From Mytilus californianus (taxonomy: Eukaryota), in the NCBI RefSeq assembly GCF_021869535.1, contig NW_026262701.1, positions 102,796,001-102,860,000 on the forward strand: a stretch of 64,000 nucleotides of DNA, given 5' to 3'. The translations under genes and the position numbers were made by a program. Shown here in pieces: positions 1-12,940 of this stretch. The number at the start of each line of letters is the position of its first letter. The stretch's first letter is position 1. The notes below the pieces were generated by a model. That model made no database searches, was not told the origin of the DNA, and saw only the letters and a list, made by a program, of their open reading frames with translations.

Positions 1-362
1 GTATTAAGCATTTTTTCCCTTTTGAACAGGACATATCTAGTGAAATTACATGTATAAAGTGACACCACCCTTATTCGTATATCGATAATATTGAACTTAA
101 ATTCAATGTTTACCTCAGAGTCAATTGGAGATCATGGAAGTGAAGAATAAAAAGAAAAATAGATAATAAGTTGTTCAAATGTTTAATTGTCCAAAAAAAA
201 AATTAATTATATGGTATAAGAAAAATCATTTTAACATATTTTAATAATGCTTAGTTTTCATTGTTCAAATATGTATCATAAGCTTCTATTCAAAAGAGTG
301 ATTGCTTAGTACTTTAATAATTTGTGACAAATGTTTTTATGTTCGTTTAATATACTGTTTTG

Positions 363-625
363 AACAAGAATGTGTCCATAGTACACCGATACCCCACTCA
401 CACTATCATTTTCTATGCTCAGTGTACTGCGAAATTGGGGTCAATACTTTAATTTGGCAATAACATTAGTAAGATCATACCATAGGGAACATGTGTACTA
501 AGTTACAATTTTTTAGGCCTTACAATTCATCAAAAACTACCTACAATTCATCAAAAACTACTTTGACCAAAAACTTTACTTGAAGCAGGACAGACAGACA
601 GAAAAACGAACGGACAAACAAACCA
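363..625 (-). mobile_element. Non-autonomous Helentron/HINE-like element copy (family of 20128-20405)
   Basis: Reverse complement of the 20128-20405 element: aacaagaatgtgtccatag...ccccactc.cactatcattttctatg end and (gaca)n tract. Confidence 0.6.
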
Positions 626-1602
626 ATGCACAATGTTAAAAAAAAAAATAACAAAAATTACAATTCATTACTGTTACAGTGCAGTTGATCTCATATTAGG
701 GTAAATATTTCAATTCTACAGGTTCAGAGAAAAATTTAACAAAAAATGTTTGTTTAAAAAATGGACAAATTGAAGGACAATTTGATTGTAATTTAGCCCA
801 AACTTTTTAATATGTTTTAAAGTTTTTCAAGCCATTAAGGATGTACTTTGGTGAAATTAAAAAAAATCAAGAATTTAAAATTGATACTATTCGTTCGGGA
901 AAGTATTAGTTAAGAAACAAAATAAGCAAAAATATTAATGGGTTATGGAGCTCCTTTTCAAAATATTTGGATTTTTAAAAATTGCTGGAAAGGCGGACTG
1001 GGATTAGGAATGTGTCAAAGAGACAACAATCCGACCAAAGAATACACAACAGCCGAAGTCCACCATATTTTGGTAACTGACATTTAACATGTTTAATGAG
1101 CTATTGAAATCTTATTTGAAAAGAAAAATAGGTGTTGTGGGGCAAAATATTTGACATCTGACACTAATTCCTAGACCTTATTCAAGTACATCCTAAAAGA
1201 CACTAAATGTCATTCAGCTTCTCCACAAATTTTCTTGATCCAAAACCGGTTTTAATAACATGAATAAGTAAATTGCTTAACCAATACACAATATGATGAC
1301 TTATAAGACATGCACACAAAAAAAAATAATCTGCTAAAATAAGCTTAAGATGTGTTTTTTTATTTTTTTTTTAGATATCACTTATAAGTAATAATTACTG
1401 TTAAAAGAAATTTTGCACCATACAAAAAAATCCTAGTTCTTGGTACAAATGGATATGTTTTTTAAATATTTATAAAATTTATGCCAAAATTGTATATTAG
1501 TTAGACTAAAAATTTAAATGTTACCCATTATTCAAAATTATATGACACTGTACATGTAGCCAAACAACAATAACAGGTATAGAATAATAAAAGAGTAAAT
1601 AG

Positions 1603-4600
1603 TTATTGAATATTAGCGATAACAGTTTCCTCATCAATGGCAATTAGAGCTGCAAGAAGATCTTCATCATCAAGTTCAGTCTTCACTAAAGGATTAGGGG
1701 TTCCTTTACTACATAACCTTGAAAAGTAAGAGGTTATCTGACTGGCATTAAGCCAATGATTAATTGGAAACATTTTTTCCCCATTTGAGTTTTTCATCTT
1801 TTTCATTTCTTCTGCAACAGAGGTTGGGTTACACTTTTTTCCTGTTCTATTTCCTTCTTCAAATTTGGCCAATAGAAAGTTTTTAACAGATTCAGGAAAT
1901 CTTGATATTCTCCTGCCTTTCTTTAAAGCCCATCCCATATTACTTGTGGAAAATTCTTTTTCAGTCCCATCTGTTAATGTTGATTTATTTTTGGTTGTAA
2001 AGACCACTTCATTGCACAACTGTGCCCACTGGTGTCTGATTTTATCATAGGTTGTTTCCCGTTGCAATTGTAAAAAATGCTTTCCTATCAGTAGATGGTT
2101 TTCAAGTCCATTTAAGGTAGCAAATCTTTTGACACAGCCAACTACTGTGCAATAGAACAGCATTTGATCAGAACTTTCTGAATGACAAGAGGATAATCTT
2201 GATAAGTCTTCATCATTTTCTATTTCTGTTTCTGGTCCTTCAAGGAGATTAACTGTAGGAACTGTTTTATGTGTTTTGATTTTTCCAGTTATATTAACAG
2301 GTAAATCGAATCCTGATATTACCACACATCCTGATTCATTTTCCTGCTGTTTACCAAAACCCATTTGGTCTAAGGATGCATTAGGAATAAATTTTCCTTT
2401 GCCGATGTTGTAGGCTTTCCTTAGTAGTATACCATCTTCTTCAACTTGCAACTCATTAAAATCATTTATTCCTTTCAACTTGTGTGTTATCAGTTTGTGT
2501 TTTGAGGTGTCTATTACACATTCAGAGACTTGACATCCAGCAACACCTGTGAAAAGAAACAATAATGAGGGGAATTATAAACTAATTCAAAGGTCATGTT
2601 TTCAACTTCAACAAAATGTGTGTACATTATTCGATATGATCTTTTGATGAAAAAAAAGCAATTTTAAAAAAAGTAAAAAAAGTAGTTACATATTTGTTTT
2701 TCGCTCATTTTTAATACATAAATTAGGCCGTTAGTTTTCTCGTTTGAATTGTTTTACATTGTCATTTTTTGGCCTTTTATAGCTGACTATGCGGTATGGG
2801 CTTTGCTCATTGTTGAAGGCCTTATGGTGACCTAAAGTTGTTAATTTCTGTGTCATTTTGGTATCTTCTGGAGAGTTGTCTAATTGGCAATCATACCACA
2901 TCTTCTTTTTATATATTATAAGGAAATTATGAACTAAATTTCCAGCTAATCTGACTAAAACTTTCTACTATGACCAAAAACTTTAACCTGAAAAAAAACC
3001 TGTTTTCACGTTAATTAAATTTCTATAATCAGATAATATGCTTCTAATTTGGCATATAATTTGAAAATATCCCACCATCAAGATCATTTGTACTAAGTTT
3101 CAAGCTGATGTGACTAAAAACTTCAATCAAACTAACTTTGACCAAATAAGAAACAGACAGACAAACGGTCAAGCAGATGGACACACAGACCAGAAAAAAT
3201 TAAGTCAATATAATATCATACATGGGGCTTCAAACAACATGCCATAGATCATTTTAACCAATGCTTTAAAAATTTTCTATTTAATATGGGTGATTTTACA
3301 TGCGTATGTGAGCCTCAGCCTTTTGTTGTTATTTCATGAAGACACTGTTTTTTTAATATAGTCAAGTCTAACATTTTGACATTATCATGTCAGATTTATT
3401 TGTGAAATGAAATTTACTTCTGAGAAACAAACTGTCTCTGAAATTGTGTATTGAACCGGATTTGCTTATCTTAACAGGGCACATTTAGTTCACAGTGGGT
3501 TTGTGTTGTAATTATGTTTTCTGTTTGAACAATGTACATTTTGTTAATTTACCTGTTCCAGAGTCAAGTGCAGTTTTCATATCAGCTGCTGTTACGATGT
3601 TTTTTCCACTTGCAACCCAACTTTTCATCTTTGTGCGCATATGTGCTATCTTTGAATCACAATATGACTTTCCTGCTTGGGCCTCAGAATAGCAATATCC
3701 CTGAATATTGATCCCTATGAAATAAAAGATATTCATTACTTTGCCATAAATTCTGAAGTCTCTTCAATTAAAATATACACAAAATAACTGATTTTTATGT
3801 TAAGTATTGTGTATAAGTTTCATTACATTAGATTGAGGAAAACTACAGCAAGAGAACGAAAATTAAAAATTTAGCAATTTTACCATTTGTAAAGGGGCAT
3901 AACTCTAGAATGGCTAAAGTGACGCCACCAAAATTCAAACTTGATTGTGTTTTGTGGTAATAAGCATTGTGTTTAAGTTTAATTACATTTGGTTAAGGCA
4001 AACTAAAGTTAGAGAACGGACGTACAGTGGTTGTCGTTTGTTTATGTGTTACATATTTGTTTTTCGTTCATTTTTTGTACATAAATTAGGCAGCTAGTTT
4101 TCTCATGTGAATTGTTTTACATTATCATTTTGAGGCCTTTTATAGCTGATTATGAGGTGTGGGCTTTACTCATTGTTGAAGGCCGTACAGTGACCTATAG
4201 TTGTTAATTTATGTGTCATACCACATCTTCTTTTTTATATAGACAAGGGTAAAACTTTAAGCTCCCTCTGCTATGGCAGGGGACATACAATCAGTTTATG
4301 AAACATGTCTAAATAAATAGAATAAGGGCAATAACTCTTCATGTGTTGTCTGATTCATCAGAAAATTTCTTGTTGGATAGCTTTTGTTATGGTGAACAAT
4401 TTTACTACTTTAGTTTTTCCATAACTATAATTATGTTATTTTTTAGATATAGATTGAATGTTATCCCTAGGTTGTTTTTTTCCAAAGCAATGTCTCAAGG
4501 TGCTTATTAAAAATAAAGATTTAGATGAACATTACACTAGTGCCACTAATACTGATATTGTTTTCTCCTATTCTCCTTTTATCTTAGCCCAAATTATTTT

Positions 4601-7600
4601 GTAATATGTTACCTGTTCTTTTACTTATTTCTTGTAAGCATAACCAGATATGTCCACAGTGGTAGCATGCTGCATTATCTGATCGCAGAACTAACTTCTT
4701 AGTTTGAGGGAGTTGATCTTTGATGGTCATTATAACATTTTCAAGAAGTGAAGCCACACAAAACCAATCCTGTTTCACAGATTCTAAAACATGGGTGAAA
4801 GTTCTATGCTGAAAAAGAAATGCACAAGACTTAGTGTATACATACAATTTTTATAAATTTGGATACTGAATTCATTTAAAATAAAAGACTACTTATATAT
4901 TCATTTCATAAGAATCTATTTCATGTATTTCATTAGAATCTTAAACGAACACTGAATAATTTTATTTCTACACTATTTTCACGTTTCACAATTGGTGAGA
5001 GACATATATTTCTTAACACTAATGAAAAATTAGTTCTTAGCAAATAATTGGTTAAAATTTTATCATGATTGATGTCAAATTTTCATGTCAACAATTTTTT
5101 CAAACTTTTTAAAATTGAGCTAATTCTGACATGTAATATTGTTTATATTTGTTGGTTGTTTCAAAATAAAAAGCATATGATTGATATGCATGAAAATTTA
5201 TAAAATACTTCCTTTTCGGTAATTACAGAGTGCATTGGCAATACATGTGTATGCATGAACAATTTGTACATGTCAATAAACAAACGATTTTTTTTTACAT
5301 GTGTGACATAGCATGTAAAATGTATATATCAAGCCACATCTGTAAAATGCATCAATGTATTTTAACCTTGTATTACATACATGTACATATGCACTTACAT
5401 TAATTGATCCATCTTTTTCTCTGTATATACAAACAATCACATGCCAGTTCTTCCCTCTTTGACCAAACCAGTCAGTTTGTTTCTCACGATATTTCAAGGG
5501 TAAAAATTTCATGGCCCAATCCATAACCAGTAAAGCTTTATCTGTTTCAAGATGTTCTATGGTATCCAATCTAAATTGGTCTTGGTTGACAGTTCTTACA
5601 ATGTGTGATTTCCAATCAAATATCACCATCATTGCATCTTCGATCACTTTTGAAAATTCTTCTTTGTCATCTCCATCATTCATGGTATCAACAATGTTGC
5701 ACAATTTAAGATGAACATCTTTCAATAGTTGACATCTATCACATTGCAAGCAATGAATGTGATCACAAGTGTTTTGAAAATGTACATCCTTTGGATCACT
5801 TAAACTCCAGTTTATACAGTGATCTGCACACATATTTGATTGGTTGATATGAAGTTTAAAGTCGGTCTTAAGATAAATACGGGATGCGGTTAAAGTTGTG
5901 GTCAATTCAGTGTGAATATCGGAAGAAATAAAAGATTTTTTTTTCAAATTGTTGACAAATTCATGAAGTGATTGAAAAGCTTCAACACCTTCAGCTGCTA
6001 TATTATCAAGGCCATGAAGATTGGTTCTTTGTGAGGCTGCACAAGCTGTGAGAATTTTGAAAAGTGAGCTATTTCCAAGGGGTTCAAAGTTGAGATCTTT
6101 ACAGTAAGAAAAATACATTTGCACAATTTGTGAATGACAAGATGTTCTCACAACGTCTGGAATTGTCACTTTTTCTCCAGTGTCAAATGACAATTCTCTG
6201 GTACCATATGACACTATCTGTACGAATGATGGATCGAAAAAAAAGTTTAAAGCATGTTGCATTTTCTCCTGATCCATACGCTCTCTAGGTCTCCTTACTT
6301 TTTCTTCAATAACCAAACCAGACCCAGATTTTGATAGCAGTCTTGCTTGGTCTATTTTATATTTTGTTATGTCAGGCAGACGCTGCATAATTTCACCTTT
6401 TGTCATTTTTTGGGAAACAATTGATAGAATTTGTGTTTGAAGTTTGTTGTCTGCTGTTTCTTCATACAGTTTAAAAATGGTATCAGTGAGCTCATCATCT
6501 GTTGGAGGCTTTGTTGGTTCTGACATTATAAGTTTTTTTAACTCCTTTGATTGCCCTGGAGCAATAATGTTAAGTACAGAATCTACAGATTCATCTGCTT
6601 TATGCTTATAATAGCGAATGGTACTGTCCTTCAGGGAAGATATATCAGAAAGTAACTGTCCTCTTAACGGACTTGATTTACAATTTAGTATTTTCAATGT
6701 TGCATTTGCTTGGTCCAAAGTGGTTTCCATTTCATCACTCCAATTAGATATTTGGGACAAAGGCTGCGATAAAGACTGGGACTGCTGTGTCACATCAGAG
6801 TACTGAAATGATAAATGACCTTTTAAATTATAGTAATTTATGTAAAATCTAAATACATTCCAATAAACAGGTGTATATAAATGTAACAAAAAATTAAAAT
6901 AAGAGTTCATTTTCACCTACATCAAATGTTCATTCAAATGGTTTTAACTTTTAACCATGCCCTTGGGAAAATATAAATTTCATTGATGAACAATAAAATT
7001 GAGAATGGAAATTGGATATGTGTCAAAGAGACTACAACCCAACCAAAGAGGGGAAAAGCAGCCAAAGGCCACCAATGGGTTTCAACACAGCGAGAAAATC
7101 CCACACCTGGAGGCGTGCTTCAGCTGTCCCCTAAACAAAAATGTGTACTAGTTTAGTGATAATGGACGTCATACTAAACTCCAAAATATATAAAGGAAAC
7201 TAAAATTATACAAGACTAACAAAGGCCAGAAGCTCCTGACTAGGTACAGGTGCAAAAATTTGGTGAGATTAAACAGGTTTTTTTAGATCTCAACCCTCAA
7301 ATCGTCATATTTCCCATTTATAAACAAAGGCATATCAAGATATGCTGTAGTTTCATAAATTAAAATTTTTTAAATATTGTGATGTTACACTATTGTTTCA
7401 GATAAGGGTGAAGGTTTGGTACCATTAAAACGTTTAAACCCACTGCAATTGTTTGCACCTGTCCTAAGTCAGGAATCTGATGTTCAGTAGTTTGTTGATG
7501 TGGTTCAAAAGTGTTTCTCCTTTTTTATATAGATTAGACCGTTGGTTTTCCCTTTTGAATGGTTTTACAGTAGTAATTTTTGGGGCCCTTTATAACTGCT

Positions 7601-10600
7601 GTTTGAAGTGAGCCAAGGCTCCGTGTTGGAGACCATACTTTGACCTATAATGGTTTACTTTTATAAATTGTGACATGGATGAAGAGTAGTCTCATTGGCA
7701 TTCATACCCCATCTTCTTATATCTATGAATAAAATAATGTGCAATAAAAGTTGCTGCAAGAAATATGGTCAAAGTTCCACAACTCATGAAAAGGATAAAA
7801 TTAAACTAGAACTAGTACTGTGAGTTAACTCACTAAAACATATACCGGTAAACATCAGTTTAATTAGGTCTACAAATAATTGCACACAATCATACAATGG
7901 TTTCTTTTTAAAAAAGCTGTCTCGGAGGACTAGCTCCAATAATATTTGAATACTCTTTGATAGTAACTGCAGCCACTTTTTTCTCTATAAATTAATGAAG
8001 TACTACTCACGTTATCATCAAATTGCTGGATAGGACGTTCTCTCAATTTGTATCCAGATGCATATGTACTTTCTTCTGTATCAACTTGATCAAAGCACTG
8101 AAAAATAAACACAAACGTTTGAAATCTATGGAATATCATTACAACAGCATGAATTAATACATTCCATACATGTATACATTACTGAGTGACAAGAAATATA
8201 ATATACATTTTATATACCAGTCATGTGCATAAAAAATGAATGAAAAATGTAATTTCCCTGTTAGTTCACAAGGTAACAGTGGACAGGAAGCCATGTGACC
8301 CTTTAGATACCCGGAAGCATTATTTTTACTGAAATTGTTCTCACTACTTAGATATATGTAGTATGTGGTAAAAGTAGAAGCAGCACAAATTTCAAAGTCT
8401 TCGGTTTGACCCCTTTATTGAAACCTCAACCTTTGGTTCTCATGGTGAACAAGACGGTTTTAAAATTCAAAAGGAAATGACTATTGAAATTGCTATAATG
8501 AATAAAACTAGGAGTATGACGACAAAAAATCATCCAATGTACTGTCAAATTGTGCTGTAAACGGTCAGATCTGCATAACATCATAAATCAGAATTTTTTT
8601 TCAAATACCATACCTCATTATAACATTCTGGCGTATTAGGAATTAGGTCTTTACACTTTATCTTACATCCATTACAAATTCCTGAAAATATATATAATTA
8701 TTTTTAATGAAAGAAAAATCCTGTGGGATAATGATCCAAATTATAAATAACACCCTGCCCTTGCAAAGTCAGAATATATCAATTAAAGTGTGCATTTGAT
8801 TACATTCAGCATGCTCAGAAAGTAAAATTATACATTTACATAAATATAATGCCCCCTCTACTATTTTTATATACATTGGTGTACTGGGCATTGAACCATA
8901 ACTAGAATTTAGTTTCAATGCGCTGTTTTTGCTAAGGGACACCATTAAAAGACAAAAGTTCAATATAGGATAAAAAACTTAATTCACATAGTTTTTTCAC
9001 TGACACCTCCCCCCCCCCCCCCCCCTTAACTGAATTTGGGAAAAATTGATAGACCATTATGGATATATGTAAAAGTTATGTTGGATAAACAAATTTGCAG
9101 CAATTTTTACCCCCCCCCCCCCCAAAAAAAAAAAACTATTTGATTTAAGTTTTTTATCCTTCATTGATTTTTTAATGTTGTCCCTAAGACATCAGTTAAA
9201 AGATTTTACATTGCACTAAAGTGCAAATATGTGGATTTTCTTCATGACCAGCAATTTAGATATCTTTGCAATAATAAATAATGTTTTACCTGAACCTACA
9301 GGTTGAAGACATCCAAACTTGTTAAGGATAGTTTTGCTCATTAATGGAGTCACTCCTTTTTGTGGCTGCTGATTTCCTTTATGCAACGGGAAGATACACT
9401 TTTTACTTGGTTTCCAATTTATTCCTAGACTGTATCTGTGGTATGGACAAACAGTCATTTCTTGGTCGAACCTTGAAAAAAAGAATGATTTTATTTTTTG
9501 AACTGCTTTTATTTAGGGATGCAAACGAGTACTCGTGTATCACTCGGTTGTACTGAGTATCAATACCAAAATGATACTTGACTAATAGGTCTCCTGTTAG
9601 AAGGTTGTAGTTTTCTTAAGCTTAAACAAAAAATATTTTTATTAAGAGGGCCTCCCGGGAAATTTAATATAAGTTTGGTAAAATTTGTCTCAGTAGTTTC
9701 AGAGCAGAAGACTTTTGTCAAAGATAATGAAACGAAAACGGATGACGGACGCAAAATGATGAGAAACGATCACTTAGCTCTTTGGGCAAGGTGAGCTATA
9801 AATAAGTAGTTTTTGAAAATTAATTTGGAGTTTATTGCAGATTGGGGGCTGACAGACATTGAAAGTTGCTTTAACTTTCATAATGGGATATTGCAGAATG
9901 GAATTGTACAGTATGCAATACAGACGTGCAAATTGCTGCATCACTCGTTTGTGATGGCTGCTTAGATTATGGTTTCACCAAAATGCGTCAGACTATAACA
10001 TGCCGCTCCCAAAACAACATACTGTACATTGTATATAAAAAAATAAAAATTGTATGCAATATTGTAAAATATAAATAGAAGTTTTAAAGTTTAATTTTAA
10101 TATATACATGTATAGTCCAAGCTGGCAGCATACATTTGGAAGTGCAAAAATGTAAGATCATGTAACAATAACGCAATGTAACCGTAGACTCAATTATTAC
10201 TGTTACATTTCCATGTAACCGTAGCCAGTGCCAATTGGGAATGGTGTATGAGCGAAACGACAAAAGGGTGAATGGTTTCATGGCCTAAAAGTCTCAAGAG
10301 CACCACAAGTTGTTGCATAAATTAAATACATTTTGTACATGTACATGTAATCATTTGCACTTTGTAATATTTTACAAAAAAATATATCAAATGAATTGCA
10401 CAGTAAATCTTAAAATGTTTATAACCCATTGGGGAAATTTGTCCCAAGCTAGAGCTTTAACCCTCTTGCTGCCAGAAAATACGACAGCTCAACGTCAGTG
10501 ATGTCTAACAAAATTTGATATATGACGTCACGCCAAAATGACCGTTACATTTAGGAATCATTGAAGAAAACTATAACTATGTTTAATCTCTTGTCTTTTA

Positions 10601-11938
10601 TTTGAAAATGATACAACAATGAGAAGACGCTTGCATAATTTTAAACATGGACATATGTTTCAGAAAAAGGGAGAAGGTTTGGTACCATTAAGACGTTTAA
10701 TCCCGCTGCAAATGTTTGCACCTGTCCTAAGTCAGGAATCTGATGTACAGTAGTTGTCGTTTGTTTATGTAATTTATATGTGTTTCTCGTTTTTTTATAT
10801 AGATTAGACCGTTGGTTTTCCCGTTTGAATGGTTTTACACTAGTAATTTTGGGGTCCTTTATACATTGTAGCTTGTTGTTCGGTGTGAGCCAAGGCTCGG
10901 TGTTGAAGGCCGTACATTGACCTATAATGGTTTACTTTTATAATTGTTTTTTTGATGGAGAGTTGTCTCATTGGCACTCATACCACATCTTCCTATATCT
11001 ATACATGTGCCCCTCCGTCAGTCGGTATGGACACGTGAGTTTCGGGTTTGTGTTCAGATTTTTTCTTTCTTCGTTTTTTTTAAGCAGGATAGGGTAAATA
11101 TTACTATCTACACTGTTCCTAATGATTTGAGGAGATACCATTTGATTTTTATTAGGGGGGGGGGGGGGGGGTGGGGGCGGTAGGATGACATTTGAAAAAA
11201 AGGCAGGACAGAAGTTTTGATTATAAACAAAAATCAGGATGTGCAACCTGTCAAATAAAAAGGCAGGGTGACAACTTATGTAAAAAAAAAAGAAAGGATA
11301 AACTAATTAAAAAATGGCACGACCAAATAAACATGATAGAGTGAAAAATTAAAAGGCAAGACAGAGATAACAAAAAAAAAAATATGCAGGACAAAATTTT
11401 TCATCCTAGCACCACCCCCAACCCCTAAACAATCAAATGATAGTTCCCTAAACAGCTTGATGGATGGGTGTGCTGCATATTTACCAATAAGACTCAAGTT
11501 AAGAACCCAAGTGACTGTGGTTTGTCCGATGGGACTGGGAGGCATAACAAAATACACCTTATGTCATGAATATATCGTCATATGTCATGAATGATGATGT
11601 TTATCATGGATGTTATTACTTATTCTATCTTTGTTGGTATTAGCGGTATTACTTATTTTGAAAACAGAGTGTGGGGACAGAGTCAGCATATTCATTTACC
11701 TGAAAATACCACATCTCAGTGCTATCAACTCTCCTTCACTGCCAACGGCTGGTTCATGTATAGTTTGGTGACCTCCACACAGTCTAAGATCTTGCAAATG
11801 CCGCGTTATGTCTTTGTCACATTCCGCCAGCTTTCTTACACTTTTATCCTGTTTATATACAGGATAATACCCGCATGTGTGGGTTGAAAACAGACTAAGG
11901 CTGCACTTCATGTCGGGCGGGACCGACTCGTCTGCCAT
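1603..11938 (-). CDS. Intact 8-exon DDE transposase-like gene (Sola-like, probably Sola3), 1093 aa, with N-terminal Cys/His-rich region and C-terminal C2H2 finger
   Basis: Hand-spliced exons on minus strand: 11938-11700, 9471-9290, 8681-8614, 8097-8011, 6802-5399, 4808-4613, 3714-3553, 2546-1603. All introns GT-AG, phases match, total 3282 nt = 1093 aa + stop, no internal stop. Acidic motifs LVMDWAMKFLP..REKQTDWFGQRG, LRSDNAACYH and YSEAQAGKSYCD fit a DDE/RNase H-fold triad; C2H2 FYCTVVGCVKRF...NHLLIGKH. Superfamily assignment is from recalled motif similarity. Confidence 0.8.
2690..2918 (+). mobile_element. Retroelement 3' tail fragment (dispersed repeat)
   Basis: Ends gagagttgtctaattggcaatcataccacatcttctttt; near-identical to 4022-4240 and similar to 7385-7726 and 10668-11002. 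Confidence 0.6.
2920..3232 (-). mobile_element. Decayed HINE-like copy
   Basis: Shares gaccaaaaactttaacctgaa and acagacagac..acggtc/cagaccagaaaa blocks with the reverse complement of 20128-20405. Confidence 0.5.
3790..4292 (-). mobile_element. HINE-like copy (160-bp repeat family) interrupted by a retroelement tail at about 4022-4240
   Basis: 3790-4020 is the reverse complement of the 160-bp unit at 42604-43200. 4243-4292 (gacaagggtaaaact...ctccctctgctatggcagggg.cata) is the reverse complement of that element's 5' end. Confidence 0.65.
6992..7300 (-). mobile_element. 3' tail of the same Penelope-like family as 58749-60137
   Basis: Reverse complement aligns by eye to about 59830-60137 (aataaaattgagaatggaa...gtgtcaaagagac...ggccaccaatggg...tactaaactccaaaa). 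Confidence 0.7.
7385..7726 (+). mobile_element. Retroelement 3' tail (dispersed repeat)
   Basis: High identity to 10668-11002 (gaaggtttggtaccatta...cctgtcctaagtcaggaatctgatg...tagattagaccgttggttttccc). Confidence 0.65.
8933..9187. mobile_element. MITE with TAAGGGAC-type terminal inverted repeats
   Basis: Left taagggacaccattaaaa...ggataaaaaacttaattcacatagttttt mirrors right aaaaactatttgatttaagttttttatcc...ttttaatgttgtccctaa; internal poly-C tracts. Confidence 0.7.
9645..9802 (-). mobile_element. HINE-like 5' fragment (family of 18185-19200)
   Basis: Reverse complement tttatagctcaccttgcccaaagagctaagtgatcgtttctcatcattttgcgtccgtc matches the start at about 18185. Confidence 0.55.
10668..11002 (+). 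mobile_element. Retroelement 3' tail (dispersed repeat)
   Basis: Paralog of 7385-7726; ends ggagagttgtctcattggcactcataccacatcttcctatatctat. Confidence 0.65.
11127..11451. mobile_element. MITE with G/C-tract terminal inverted repeats
   Basis: Left gaggagataccatttgattttt..(g)n..taggatga mirrors right tcatcctag..(c)n..aatcaaatgatagttccctaa. Confidence 0.65.
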
Positions 11939-12854
11939 TTGTTATTGTTGTTGTGCAGACTACGCGCCTTTTTTGAAAAGAGGTAACCAAGCAAGGGAGA
12001 TAAACAACACGGTGAATGACGCGTTTCAATTATTTTACTTTAGTGAATAACATTTTTCAAATAAAAATTTCCAAACTTTTTATTCATTAAAAGAGAAGAT
12101 ATGTATCAAATGATTTCAAATATAAAAAAATATGTGTGCTAAGCATCTGCTGTTTACAGAAAATCAATATCGAAGTTGACCTACTTTCAATGCGTTACAC
12201 TGTTGTCTATGCAGACGGCGAATGCATTTTATCTATTTTTTTCTAGACAAATATGGCATACATTGATGTAATACTATGGTTTTGTCACCTTTATTAATGG
12301 ATTACAAAGTTCCCAAAATTTCACCATATTCCGTGTATATGGACTTATCAGTTTTTATTTGATTTGCCTGATTCTTACACGGACCTGTACTTAATTATTA
12401 AATGTTGATTATGTATGATTACTGTTATTTGGTATTTACAAAGCCACATTTGGTATTATTGTTCTGTGTTTTAAAATCATGATTGTTGTTATAACTAGAT
12501 GTTAATACTGCAAGTAGCTAGCTTGGTATGAGTACACTCAATGAAGAATTGGTATCTTCCGCCTTTCTTTTATAGTTTTAGATGAATGAACTTTGTTTTG
12601 ATTATCACTTGGACACCATAATAATATAATATATTGTATAATAGTCCAAGATCATCATGACAATTTTTTAATCATGATTCATTTCGTCAACATAATTAAT
12701 AAAACACTAAAGGAAACCTGTTTACGTTTTTATAATGTCACTTTATTCTGAAACAATAAAAAATACTTATTTTATTTATAGCCAATATAGGAATGCACTA
12801 ACATGACTAACTTAAACACGATTAAATATTTATTCCACACAAAACCCAATAAAA

Positions 12855-12940
12855 AGGGTGCGAACGTGTGGGGTGCGAACGTGAAAGGGGGCGAACATGA
12901 ATGGGAGCGAACGTGATTTTGGGCGTGCGGACCTGGATTT
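12855..12940. repeat. About 15-bp tandem repeat (gggtgcgaacgtg..), subterminal-repeat-like end of a DNA element
   Basis: Four to five copies of ggg(t/g/a)gcgaac(g/a)tg ending in gcggacctggattt. Confidence 0.55.

Noticed and set aside
1-1600. Left TIR of the transposase element; short inverted pair ggatgtactt/aagtacatcc at about 839-1193
   Set aside because: No match to 11940-13000 seen by eye; the 10-bp pair is too short to support and brackets only a small region.
11155-11180. Poly-G and poly-C tracts as functional G-quadruplexes (also 9009, 9110, 21505)
   Set aside because: They are internal parts of MITE or HINE elements; no independent evidence of function.
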